A program made the translations under genes and the position numbers. Shown in pieces: positions 10,998-20,242 of a stretch of 64,000 nt of DNA (position 1 is its first letter; each line of letters starts with the position of its first letter). The notes beneath the pieces are model-generated. The model was not told the origin of the DNA. It did no database searches and saw only the letters and a list, made by a program, of their open reading frames with translations. Where the stretch lies: the NCBI GenBank assembly GCA_963810935.1, contig CAWEPK010000007.1, forward strand, positions 256,001-320,000, written 5' to 3'. The stretch comes from an uncultured delta proteobacterium. GTDB taxonomy: Bacteria; Desulfobacterota; Syntrophorhabdia; Syntrophorhabdales; WCHB1-27.

Positions 10998-11137
10998 GAC
11001 TCGCGCCGTCCGCGGACCACCCGCATGCACGGTGGCATCTTTTCAGCACGCGTTTTACCGTGCGGGCACCCGGCAAACCTACTTTCAACCGATATGACGG
11101 ATGCGGCGCCCTGCTCAGCGCGTGCCCTCCGACGTAC
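10998..11137 (+). repeat. Repeat module A, copy 2
   Basis: Aligns with 3477-3611; both copies are also preceded about 50 nt upstream by CGGGGGTGGTGT. Confidence 0.9.
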
Positions 11138-11141
11138 ATTC

Positions 11142-11233
11142 AATGTGATACTGCAAAGGCAATGCTACTGGCACTAAGAGCGGGCTATACCATATCTCCC
11201 TCGCCCCTTGGGGGAGAGGGTAGGGTGAGGGGT
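11142..11233 (+). repeat. Left inverted repeat flanking the hydratase gene (includes a CCCTC-type REP palindrome)
   Basis: Roughly 80% identical by eye to the reverse complement of 12203-12297. Confidence 0.85.
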
Positions 11234-11319
11234 GGATTTGTCTTGCAACGAACAAGAGGGTGTGCAAGAATGGACAACGGAAGTCAGACGAATCATAACT
11301 GAAAATAAATGGGGGAAAC

Positions 11320-12198
11320 ATGAGAGTACGTAGGCCGGAAAGCGTTGTTGCATTGTCGGTCATGATGTCGATCCTTTTTCTTGCGGTCGTCTTTTGTGAG
11401 GCGAATGCGGCAGGCACAGGCGCACAGCTCGCCGGGCAATTCCTTAATAAGACGCCCGTGACAACGAGCGATCCGGCAATGACCATGGAGCAGGGGATAA
11501 AAGCCCAGGAAGAGTTTATCGGTGCTATCAGCAGGGAGTTTGGAGAGCCGGTAGGTTACAAGGCCGGGCTGACGAACCCCGTCGCACAGAAAATGTTCGG
11601 CGTCTCCCAGCCGGTCAGGGGCACCATGCTCAGGAAGATGTTCCTGCCGAATGGGAGTGTCGTGCCTGCGGCATTCGGCTCCCTTCCCTTCTGTGAAGGG
11701 GACCTGGTCGTCCGGGTAGGGGACGAGGCCGTCAACCAGGCCAAAACGCCGGAAGAGACCTTGAAATGGCTCGATGCGGTTATCCCTTTCACCGAGCTTC
11801 CGGATATGGTCTATGACAAGAGCGTCAAGCTGACCGCGCCTGCCGTTGTCGCGATTAACGTCGGCGCCCGCTACGGTATAATCGGCGTCCCGATCCCTCT
11901 CTCCGCGACACCCGAGTGGATTGCGCGCCTGAAGGATTTCTCTGTAAAAGTGGTTGACGAAAAAGGGACGGTCCTCGGCGAAGGCAAGGGTACCGCGCTG
12001 CTGGGCGGCCCGCTCAACGTAGTCCTGTGGATCAAAAACTCCCTCGCCGCGGAGGGCAAGAAGCTAAAGAAGGGCGACCTTCTATCTCTCGGTTCGCTGA
12101 CGAGGCCGATACAAGTCAAACCAGGCATGACCGTCCGTTCCATATATACAGGTCTGGATCCAAAAGGCCCGGTAGAAATATCGGTAAGTTTTAAGTGA
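11320..12198 (+). CDS. 2-keto-4-pentenoate hydratase (FAH superfamily)-like protein with signal peptide
   Basis: GYKAGLT, CEGDL, ELPD, INVGAR, LKKGDLLSLGS; N-terminal hydrophobic segment ending ANA. Confidence 0.8.
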   Translation: MRVRRPESVVALSVMMSILFLAVVFCEANAAGTGAQLAGQFLNKTPVTTSDPAMTMEQGIKAQEEFIGAISREFGEPVGYKAGLTNPVAQKMFGVSQPVRGTMLRKMFLPNGSVVPAAFGSLPFCEGDLVVRVGDEAVNQAKTPEETLKWLDAVIPFTELPDMVYDKSVKLTAPAVVAINVGARYGIIGVPIPLSATPEWIARLKDFSVKVVDEKGTVLGEGKGTALLGGPLNVVLWIKNSLAAEGKKLKKGDLLSLGSLTRPIQVKPGMTVRSIYTGLDPKGPVEISVSFK

Positions 12199-12202
12199 GA
12201 AG

Positions 12203-12297
12203 ACCCCTCACCCCGCCCTCTCCCCCAAGGGGAGAGGGAGACAGGGGGGCAGCCCGCCCTTAGCGCCGTTGGCATCGCTTTTGTAGTATCCCACATT
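12203..12297 (-). repeat. Right inverted repeat flanking the hydratase gene
   Basis: Inverted partner of 11142-11233; begins 4 bp after the stop codon. Confidence 0.85.
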
Positions 12298-12356
12298 ACG
12301 CCATAGTACAACCCGCCCTTGCCGCCGCCCAAAGCATTGGTTTTGCTTTTTTTTTG
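12285..12356 (-). repeat. Fused two-ends derivative of the composite repeat element
   Basis: GTATCCCA...CGCCATAGTACAACCCGCCCTTGCCGCCGCCC joined directly to AAAGCATTGGTTTTGCTTTT; these match the two ends of 50243-50623. Confidence 0.7.
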
Positions 12357-12391
12357 GCCTATCGCGATTTGATGGCGATCGCTCCCACCCG

Positions 12392-14389
12392 CTAGTGCTT
12401 GCGCATGTCGCGTATATACTCCTGGCCTGACAGTACTGACGCTATCGCGTCCCTCCTCGGTTTATCCTCCGTCACGCCGTCGGGGGTGTACGCCACGTGC
12501 TTCGCGCCTAGTGAAAGCAGGTAAGAGATCTCCTCCTTCAACGTCGTCTCGTCGACCCATGCCTGCCTGTCCCAGTCGTATGCCTGGACCTCGAAGATGG
12601 CCTTCGCCGTCCCGTTCTCTTTTTTCACGCGGTCGAACATGGTCCTCATCCATTTTTTGACGCTGCTTTTGCCGCCGATCTTCTCCGCGCGGGAGTGCGC
12701 CATGATGAGCGTGTAATCGTAGTTCCTGACGAAGGAGGCGAGCTCCTGGGCAAACCTTTCCTGGGAAGCCGGGTTGGTGACGACCTCGCTGTAAATGCTC
12801 CGCGCCGTCTTGATGATGGGCCGGAAGGTACGGACGGTCTCGATGAGGGCCGCAACGTATGCATCGAGGGCGGCCGTCTTCATGGCCGTCCATTCCTTCG
12901 CGGACTCAGGATCGGCGAGGGCATCAGGCGAGAGCGCCCGGCCGAACGCTTTCTCGTAAGCGGATGACGCGGCCGGATGGTAGTCCTCCTCGTCGGAGAG
13001 GTAGGCGTCGTCCTCGATGAGTATCCCGTCGAAGTCCATCTGGGCGGCCAGGTCTTTGAACATGGCCCGCGAGACCTGGAGGCTTCCGGCGTCAAATGGG
13101 GAAAGTCGCTTGTGCGATGAGTCGGAAGCGCGGACCTTACCGTCCTCCCTATCGCGGACCCAAAGGGGTTCGGTCTTCGGTGTATCGGGCAGATCAAAGG
13201 CGAGTGCCGGCATAGACACGAAGACCTGCATCCCCCTTGCCCTTATCCTGTTGACTGCGTGGCTCAGGAAGTCCATCTCAACGGGCAGGGTCTGGTTGCT
13301 GAAGTACAGCGCGCGCGCGCTGCCTGTCCCGTCAGGGTCGGAGAACGCCGGCACGATGACCGTGTTGACTCCGAGGGCCGAGAGCCTGTCGAGGCACTTG
13401 CCCAGGTTCGCGTCGCTTCCTTCGTAAGAACCCCGCTCCACGATCCTGTCGAGGTCGATCCGGACGGCCCTGATGAGGAGCGCGTCGAGGAGCCCCTGCT
13501 TCATCTCTTCCTTGAAGGTGGGCACCCAGTAGAGCATGTTGTGCGCGTAATAGCGGTTTATCCTGTCCAGGCGGTGTATGTCGCCGAAACCGTCGTCGAG
13601 TGTGAGGAAAACGGCGAAGCCCGCCTTCTTCCCTTCTTCCAGGGCGATCATGTTATAGGCCCCGTAAGGCCAGGTGTAGACGACGGGTTTTTTTCCGAGC
13701 TTCTCCCCGAAGACGGCAAGGGTCTTTTCCATGTCGGCCCGTATACGCCTTCTGAAGCCCTCCTCCGTCTCGTAGGAGCTGCTTGTCCGGTCGTAGACGA
13801 ACGTCACGCCTGCGGGCTCGATATTGCCCTGGGGATTCGAAGCGACCAGCTTATGGAGCCCGTCCGAGTGGGTGGCCATAGTGACGAGACCGGAGGCCGC
13901 CACCTCACGTACCTGGTCCCAGCTCATGAACTGCTTTTCCTTATAAAAGGCGCCGGGTGCGTCCCTCCGGTCCGTCCAGGAAGTGACTATGGAGAGGACT
14001 GCCGGGTAGCTGTAGAGCTTAAGCGCAGGGTAGACGATCTTATAGAAGCTCTCGTAGCCGTCGTCGAACGTGAGGAGGAGCGCCCTTTCGGGCAGCGCCT
14101 TTTTGCCTGCCGCGGCCTCCAGTATATCGTTCATGGAGACGGGGTGAAAACCCGCGGCCCGGAAAAAGCCGAGCTGCTCGATGAACTTCTCGGGAGTGAA
14201 GTCGTCAGGCGCTACGGGCTTATCCGTTATATCGTGATAGGTCACGGCGATGAACCGGTCCGATTCGGCGGAACCGGCGCTCGGCGGGCAGGCCGCCGGC
14301 AGGACGGCAGTCGCCACGAAGATTAGGGCTGCAGTCAGGACCCTGAAAGTATTTCTCGATCCGGAGGAAGATCTCGGGGACATCGGCAT
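12392..14389 (-). CDS. pgaB: PgaB PNAG N-deacetylase/glycoside hydrolase, copy 2
   Basis: LLTFDDGY, HSDGLH, TWPYGAYN, VRIDLD; colinear with 3990-5930; GGGAGG RBS before ATG 14389. Confidence 0.92.
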   Translation of the reverse strand: MPMSPRSSSGSRNTFRVLTAALIFVATAVLPAACPPSAGSAESDRFIAVTYHDITDKPVAPDDFTPEKFIEQLGFFRAAGFHPVSMNDILEAAAGKKALPERALLLTFDDGYESFYKIVYPALKLYSYPAVLSIVTSWTDRRDAPGAFYKEKQFMSWDQVREVAASGLVTMATHSDGLHKLVASNPQGNIEPAGVTFVYDRTSSSYETEEGFRRRIRADMEKTLAVFGEKLGKKPVVYTWPYGAYNMIALEEGKKAGFAVFLTLDDGFGDIHRLDRINRYYAHNMLYWVPTFKEEMKQGLLDALLIRAVRIDLDRIVERGSYEGSDANLGKCLDRLSALGVNTVIVPAFSDPDGTGSARALYFSNQTLPVEMDFLSHAVNRIRARGMQVFVSMPALAFDLPDTPKTEPLWVRDREDGKVRASDSSHKRLSPFDAGSLQVSRAMFKDLAAQMDFDGILIEDDAYLSDEEDYHPAASSAYEKAFGRALSPDALADPESAKEWTAMKTAALDAYVAALIETVRTFRPIIKTARSIYSEVVTNPASQERFAQELASFVRNYDYTLIMAHSRAEKIGGKSSVKKWMRTMFDRVKKENGTAKAIFEVQAYDWDRQAWVDETTLKEEISYLLSLGAKHVAYTPDGVTEDKPRRDAIASVLSGQEYIRDMRKH

Positions 14390-14671
14390 ACCTCCCATGT
14401 TAAGCTCGTGTTGCCTTGGGGGGGGCGACGCGGAAAAGGCGCATACGGCCTTCGCATCCCGCCCGGCTTTTTTGCCTCTCTCGGCTTCTCTTCTTCTGTC
14501 TTGGTCTGTTCTTTGCTTCGAAGGGCGGCCCGAAAAGCCGCCCGCTGTCCGGTACGACAACTATTTACATGGTAATTGGAAGCAGTGGGCTTGTCAACCG
14601 GAAAATGGACTTATGCCCGCGCCGGCATCAATTGCCTTGACAACGCGAGTCGCTATTTGATATATCGGCTT

Positions 14672-14812
14672 TGTCGGTCCTGTGAGCTTAAGGCTCGACC
14701 CACAGCCGGGACGCCACGTTCGGCGGGCGGTTCGATTTGTTTGCGGCCGAACGATAGCACCGCACCTTGAGCAGGGGTAAGGGGGCGCCTTCGGGCGCCC
14801 CCTTATTCTTTT
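14672..14812 (+). ncRNA. Candidate stand-alone structured small RNA (6S-like motifs)
   Basis: TTGACA (14637) and TGaTATATC promoter; stems GCTTAAGG/CCTTGAGC and CGTTCGGC/GCCGAACG; strong terminator; no credible ORF; both neighbours are on the minus strand. Confidence 0.5.
14778..14812 (+). terminator. Intrinsic terminator
   Basis: TAAGGGGGCGCC-TTCG-GGCGCCCCCTTA then TTCTTTT. Confidence 0.85.
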
Positions 14813-14866
14813 GTGGAATCGTAAAACTCGAAGACAATTGTTGTTACGTTGGAAACGGGGCGCGGG

Positions 14867-15283
14867 CTACTTCGGCGCCCCTTCCGGCGCCGCCGGCGCG
14901 CTTGCCTGCGGCTGCTGCGCCTTCGCGTCTTTAATGAGCTGCGCCACCCTCGACGTCGCCGACACCGGCTCGATTATGACGATATGCTGCTTATTGATGC
15001 TCATATGGTCGGGGCCGTGCCACTCGCTCCCCCGCTTCACCAATATATTCGCCACCTGCTTGCCGTCCGGCGAGGTCTGCCTGCCTATATAATAGACGTC
15101 GCGCAAAAGCGGAAAGGCGGAAGCCCCCTTCTCCATCTTGCCGAAGAATACCTGCCCGTTGTCCATGAAGACCGCCTGGTACTCCGTCGTCAGCGCCGGG
15201 CCGCCCTGCTCGCACGCGCCCAGGAAAAGGCACAGCACCGCCAGCAGGACTATGCCGAAAAGAGCCCTCTTTGGTGGCATCAT
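14867..15283 (-). CDS. Conserved hypothetical lipoprotein
   Basis: Lipobox LGAC; YQAVFMDNGQVFFGK...DVYYI...LVKRGSEWHGP motif; AAGGAG RBS. Confidence 0.75.
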   Translation of the reverse strand: MMPPKRALFGIVLLAVLCLFLGACEQGGPALTTEYQAVFMDNGQVFFGKMEKGASAFPLLRDVYYIGRQTSPDGKQVANILVKRGSEWHGPDHMSINKQHIVIIEPVSATSRVAQLIKDAKAQQPQASAPAAPEGAPK

Positions 15284-15309
15284 ATATCTCCTTTCAATTC
15301 CTTTTTAGT

Positions 15310-17577
15310 TTAGCGCTTGCCTGCCGGTTTCTTTCGCCGGGTCCGCATGCGCAGGCCGTAAAGGCCCGCGAGCCCCGGCGCCAGAAGCAGAATGCCCGGC
15401 GGTACAGGGGTAACGACGAGGTATGCATCGTTCGACTCGTAATCCATATAGAAATCGGTAGACCCCGTCAACTGCGCGAACGTACCGGTCAATCCGCCTG
15501 CCGCGTGGACGATGTCGAACCTGTCACCCGCCATTATGACCGCCCCGGTGAGGACGTTGATCTGGAGAGTGCCTCCCAGCACGGTTACGCCGGTGCTGTT
15601 CACTACGAGCTGGCTGTAGCCCGTCCCGGCGCCGCCTGCTGCTTTCAGTATGTCGACGGCAAGTGCGCCCGTGTTGGAGTAAGTGCCGTTCACCGTGACT
15701 ACCCCAGGCGAGTTGCCCGGATGCAGGCTGCCGCCCGTCCCTACCGTTAGGCCCCCGTTGATGCTGCCTGCGCCTTGCAGGATCCCGCCCTGGATGGAGA
15801 TAAGGTCTGCGGACAGGCCGCCGTTTACTACGGTCGTGCCTGCGGTTTGCGTATAGGCGCCGCCGCCTCCGACCGCAAAGGTGCTGCCCGTCCCGAAGGT
15901 CATCGAACCCGCGTTGCTGAAGGCCCCGGCGGTGGTAAAATTGGCGCCGTTCGTGATGGTGAAGCTGCCTCCGGCCGCGTTCGCACTGAAGCCGGAGAGG
16001 GCGTTCGAGCTGTCTGGGCGGGTGATCGACGCGGACGCGCCGTTTAGGATGATCGTCGCTGCGTTGGTCTGGATGCTGTCGGTGGTCAGGACCGGCAGGA
16101 CGAGCGTGCCAGCCACGTCGTACGTGCCGCCCGTAAGCGTGCCGGCGGAGTAGTTGGCGAGACTTCCGGAGACATTCAAAGTACTGCCGGAAGAGGCGCG
16201 CAATGTGCCCGTATTCGTGAAGGAGCCCGTGACATTAATGTTCAACCCGCCTGTCCCGGTCGCCTGCATGATATTTGAGTTGCTGCTGGCGCCGCCCAGG
16301 TACACGGTGAGGACGCTGCTCTGGTCGGCCGTGATCGTGCCGTTGTTCGTGACCTGGCCGCCCACTATGCCCGCGCCCCTGATGGTGTGGAGCGTATCGT
16401 TCACGAGCGCGGCGCCGGGGCTGCCGAGAACACCGCCGTTCGACAGCGTGAGCGTACCCGAGCCGGAAAGCGTCAGGCTGCCCATCCCAGGGCTGATGGT
16501 TGCGTTGTTGAGGGTTATGGCGCCGTTGTTGGTTATGGTGCCTGTAGCCGTCAGAGACTGGCCCGGGTTTACCTGTAAGCCGGCATTTTGGCCTATGGTC
16601 ATGCTGACGTTCATAAGGGAGGCATTACCGGAGCTGAGGATAAGCGAGCCTGCGCCGGTCGCCGTGAAGCTGCCGCCCGTGAACATACTGCTGCCCAAAT
16701 CGACGGTGCCGCCACCCGACGCGCTGATCGTGCCGCCCGCATTGTTTACGGTGCTGCTCCCGAATAATACCGTGCCCCCGGCGCCTGCCTGAATAGCGCC
16801 CGAATTGGTGAGCGCCTGTGAGTTTAAAGTCATGGTCGCGTTCGTGGCCTGCATGGCGCCCTGGTTGATAAGGGGCCCCGTCATCTGTACCGGCCCGCCC
16901 GCTGCCAGGATATTGCCCGTGTTCGTGAAGGAGCCCGTGACATTAATGTTCAACCCGCCTGTCCCGGTCGCCTGCATGATATTTGAGTTGCTGCTGGCGC
17001 CGCCCAGGTACACGGTGAGGACGCTGCTCTGGTCGGCCGTGATCGTGCCGTTGTTCGTGACCTGGCCGCCCACTATGCCCGCGCCCCTGATGGTGTGGAG
17101 CGTATCGTTCACGAGCGCGGCGCCGGGGCTGCCGAGAACACCGCCGTTCGACAGCGTGAGCGTACCCGAGCCGGAAAGCGTCAGGCTGCCCATCCCAGGG
17201 CTGATGGTTGCGTTGTTGAGGGTTATGGCGCCGTTGTTGGTTATGGTGCTTGCCCCGCCCAGGCCGGAAAGCGTTAGAAGGTTGCCGGACGACGCAGAGA
17301 GGCTTTGGCCGGAGGCAAGAGTCAGGTCGGCGATAGAGGCGGATTGGTCCAGGGTGACGGCCCCGGTGTTTATAAATACGTCATAACCGCCGTTCGGTAC
17401 GGTAGCGGGGTTCCAGTTGCTGCTGACGCTCCAGTCGCCCGTTCCTCCGGTCCATGTTGCAGTCGTAGGCGTTTGCGCCAGGCCCGCGACAGGCAGCGAA
17501 CATAACATTAACAGGGAGGCCAGCGAGAGGGATAGCCCCCTCACCAACGCCGGCCCTCTTTCCAACCTGCTTGCCAT
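15310..17577 (-). CDS. Gly/Ser/Thr/Asn-rich beta-helix surface protein with PEP-CTERM-like tail
   Basis: Signal peptide, passenger-like repeats, C-terminal TPVPPGILLLAPGLAGLYGLRMRTRRKK. Confidence 0.85.
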   Translation of the reverse strand: MASRLERGPALVRGLSLSLASLLMLCSLPVAGLAQTPTTATWTGGTGDWSVSSNWNPATVPNGGYDVFINTGAVTLDQSASIADLTLASGQSLSASSGNLLTLSGLGGASTITNNGAITLNNATISPGMGSLTLSGSGTLTLSNGGVLGSPGAALVNDTLHTIRGAGIVGGQVTNNGTITADQSSVLTVYLGGASSNSNIMQATGTGGLNINVTGSFTNTGNILAAGGPVQMTGPLINQGAMQATNATMTLNSQALTNSGAIQAGAGGTVLFGSSTVNNAGGTISASGGGTVDLGSSMFTGGSFTATGAGSLILSSGNASLMNVSMTIGQNAGLQVNPGQSLTATGTITNNGAITLNNATISPGMGSLTLSGSGTLTLSNGGVLGSPGAALVNDTLHTIRGAGIVGGQVTNNGTITADQSSVLTVYLGGASSNSNIMQATGTGGLNINVTGSFTNTGTLRASSGSTLNVSGSLANYSAGTLTGGTYDVAGTLVLPVLTTDSIQTNAATIILNGASASITRPDSSNALSGFSANAAGGSFTITNGANFTTAGAFSNAGSMTFGTGSTFAVGGGGAYTQTAGTTVVNGGLSADLISIQGGILQGAGSINGGLTVGTGGSLHPGNSPGVVTVNGTYSNTGALAVDILKAAGGAGTGYSQLVVNSTGVTVLGGTLQINVLTGAVIMAGDRFDIVHAAGGLTGTFAQLTGSTDFYMDYESNDAYLVVTPVPPGILLLAPGLAGLYGLRMRTRRKKPAGKR
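16206..17249. repeat. Intragenic direct repeat, about 330 bp, offset 708 bp
   Basis: 16214-16541 matches 16922-17249; about 110 identical residues in the translation. Confidence 0.95.
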
Positions 17578-17812
17578 AAACTCTCCAAGGACTGCGCAAC
17601 AAGAAAAGGCATGCGTGGAAATAAGGCTACCCGGACGGCCGCGCGGACGAACGACGTACGGCAACCCACGCAACGGGCTTCCCGGGTCATACACTCTTTA
17701 AGGAATGAACCATACTAAAACAGTGTATAACCGGATGTCAAGAACAAAAGGATTGGGGGAAAATAGATGTTTACGTTGCGAAGCCCTGGCTTTCGAATCC
17801 CGGTAACTGCTT

Positions 17813-19408
17813 TTAGAGCATGAAGTCCTTTACTGCTCCCTTCAGCTCCTTCGCCGTGGTTTTGAGGTTCATCATGGCCCCGTGCGTATCCTGGACGACC
17901 AACGCGGTCTTTTTTGCCTGGTGGCCGAGCGCCTCCATGTTGCGGGCGATGTCGTCGGAGACGGACGTTTGCTGCTCCGTGGCTACGGCGATCCTGTCTA
18001 TCATCTCCAGGGCGTGCCGGGTCCCCTGGACGATGGTCGCAAGAGCGGAGGCTGCGTTCTGTGCAAGCGATACCCCTCCCTGGGCGTCCTCGCTGGTTTT
18101 TACGATCATCGCCACGGAGGCCCGTGATTTCTCCTGAATGCCCCTGATCTTGCCTGCTATCTCGGCCGTTGCCCCGGACGTCTTTTCAGCCAGCTTCTTC
18201 ACTTCGTCCGCAACGACCGCAAACCCCCGGCCCTGCTGCCCGGCCCTTGCAGCCTCGATGGCCGCGTTGAGGGCGAGCAGGTTGGTCTGGTCCGCGATGT
18301 CGTTGATCACCGTCACGATCTGGCCTATCTCCTGGGAGCTTTCACCCAGCTCGCGGATAACGTCGGAAGACATCCGCAAGGAATCGGAGACCGTCAGTAT
18401 GGAGGTCACCACCTGGCTGACCGCAGTGGTCCCCTCGTCGGCGATCAGCGTGGCGTTCCTTGCCGCCTTCGACGCGGACGCGGCGTTCTTAGCCACGTCG
18501 ATTATCGTCTGGGACATCTCGACTGCCGCCGAGGCGACGTGCTCGGCCTGCTCCTGCGATTCGGCCGCGGCCGCTTCTATCTCGGCCCCCTTCTCGCGGG
18601 CGGTGCGAACGCTCGCGTTCATGCCGGAGGCAAGCTCGTGTACCTTCGTGACGGTCCGCCTGAAGTTGTCGAGGATGGCGTTGTATGTCTCTTTCAATAT
18701 GTGGCCGGAGTCGGCGATGCGGTTCTCTTCCCGCAGGTCGTTGTTCTTCAGTGTCTCCAGGCACGAGAGCGTCTCGTGGAGGCTCCTTCGGGCCGCCTTA
18801 TAGGACAAGACCAAAAAGAGCGAAAGGAGTGCGAAGGCCGCGAGCGTCGCCGCGAGGGCCGCGGTCGCGGCCGTCCTTATTGCTGCCCCGCAGGAGGCGA
18901 CGCCGCTGCGTAACCGTGTTTCCTGGGCCTCGACTGCCGTGCCGATGGCAGCGCGCAATTCCCGGTTGGCGGTTGCCTGCCTGGCCGAAAGTATTGCGGC
19001 TGCCTCGTCTTTTTTGCCGTCAGCAGCCAGGGCCTGGACCTGCCTCTTGAGGCCGTCGTCTTCGTCCCAGCCTGCCTTTATGTTTGCCAGCTTTTCCCTC
19101 ACGTCGCCTGCGGAAAGGGCCAGGGCCGCGCCGTATGCCTTCGCGAACCGGTCGCAGGCCGCCTGGTAGCTTTCTTTGGCCGTTGCGTCCTGGGGATCAA
19201 TGAAGATGCTGCGCGTGGCGTGGCTGGTCACGAGGGCAGCCGAGTCGATCTCATTAAGGTCCCGGAGGACGGCCTGGCCGCGCTTTGTTACCACTTCCAG
19301 CTTCGTATTTGCGCGCGCGTTGAAAAAGAGGAAAGTGCAGGCTATGAGGCCGAGGAGGAGGGCGTTAGCGAAGGCCATTGCCACATAAGCTTTCTTGCCG
19401 ATCATCAT
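17813..19408 (-). CDS. Methyl-accepting chemotaxis protein
   Basis: Two TM helices; [38 protein letters not shown]. Confidence 0.95.
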   Translation of the reverse strand: MMIGKKAYVAMAFANALLLGLIACTFLFFNARANTKLEVVTKRGQAVLRDLNEIDSAALVTSHATRSIFIDPQDATAKESYQAACDRFAKAYGAALALSAGDVREKLANIKAGWDEDDGLKRQVQALAADGKKDEAAAILSARQATANRELRAAIGTAVEAQETRLRSGVASCGAAIRTAATAALAATLAAFALLSLFLVLSYKAARRSLHETLSCLETLKNNDLREENRIADSGHILKETYNAILDNFRRTVTKVHELASGMNASVRTAREKGAEIEAAAAESQEQAEHVASAAVEMSQTIIDVAKNAASASKAARNATLIADEGTTAVSQVVTSILTVSDSLRMSSDVIRELGESSQEIGQIVTVINDIADQTNLLALNAAIEAARAGQQGRGFAVVADEVKKLAEKTSGATAEIAGKIRGIQEKSRASVAMIVKTSEDAQGGVSLAQNAASALATIVQGTRHALEMIDRIAVATEQQTSVSDDIARNMEALGHQAKKTALVVQDTHGAMMNLKTTAKELKGAVKDFML

Positions 19409-19619
19409 TCCTCCTCACTAAGGTAGCGTTTTTACGGCCAAATGGGCCTTCGGTCCTTATAGTCCGGCCCCTTCTATCGATGATCGCGCGATAGGGCCAA
19501 AGCTTAAGGCGGCCCAACGGGCGAGGATAGGGAAGGGGATGTCATACAAAGTATGATAACAGTGTAATACATGAGGATGGGGCCGTGCGCGCCGAAAGAT
19601 GTGGAGGTTGGATCAAACG

Positions 19620-19648
19620 AAAGGCCGGGGCGCGTGCCCCGGCCTTTT
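19620..19648. terminator. Bidirectional terminator
   Basis: AAAGGCCGGGGC-GCGT-GCCCCGGCCTTTT. Confidence 0.8.
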
Positions 19649-19671
19649 AAGATCAGCGGGTGTTAAGGCTT

Positions 19672-20118
19672 TCAGACGTTGTGGCGGCTCGGGATCGGGG
19701 TCTCCGGCAGGGGCCGGGCCGATGCGGAGGAGTGCGACAGGTCGGCGAAAGCGCGGAAACCGCCTCTATCGCTGAACAGGGTGGCGCTCCCGTACATGAA
19801 GCCGCCCCTATTCATGAAAGTGCTGCCGGCGCTGCCGCTACTCCCGAACAGAGTGGCGCTGGCAACGTTCGAGGTGCTGCCGTACAGAGTCGTGCTGCCG
19901 TATGTGGCGGGGGGCTGTCCGAACGAGGCCTGGACCTGGGTCAGGCAATAATCCCCGAAAAGCCCCTGTGCGGCCTGGGCAGCAGCGGGAGGTGGGGAGC
20001 CGATCGCAGCAGCGTGTGACCAGTCGCAGGCCGGAGCGGGTACGTAGCCAAAAGTCGCGGAAGTGAAAATCCCGAAGGCAACCAGGGTTAATGCAACTAC
20101 CAAAGCTGTCGTTCTCAT
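19672..20118 (-). CDS. Secreted hypothetical protein
   Basis: AGGAGG RBS, signal peptide, two Cys, short Ser/Gly-rich TL(Y/F)GS repeats. Confidence 0.6.
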   Translation of the reverse strand: MRTTALVVALTLVAFGIFTSATFGYVPAPACDWSHAAAIGSPPPAAAQAAQGLFGDYCLTQVQASFGQPPATYGSTTLYGSTSNVASATLFGSSGSAGSTFMNRGGFMYGSATLFSDRGGFRAFADLSHSSASARPLPETPIPSRHNV

Positions 20119-20242
20119 GGTGCGCCTCCTTTTGTGATGCTTCGCGAAGGTTTTGCCTCCGCCGGCTCCCATATTCTTTCCATGGTGAGCTTAATCGCAA
20201 TGTAATACTAGGTCTTACCGAATGCAAGGAAAAGGTCGAGCG

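Noticed and set aside
17600..17700. c-di-GMP-I riboswitch upstream of the surface protein
   Set aside because: Only CCGGGTAGCC resembles the 3' end; the GCAAA/GNRA/GACGCAAAGC core is missing
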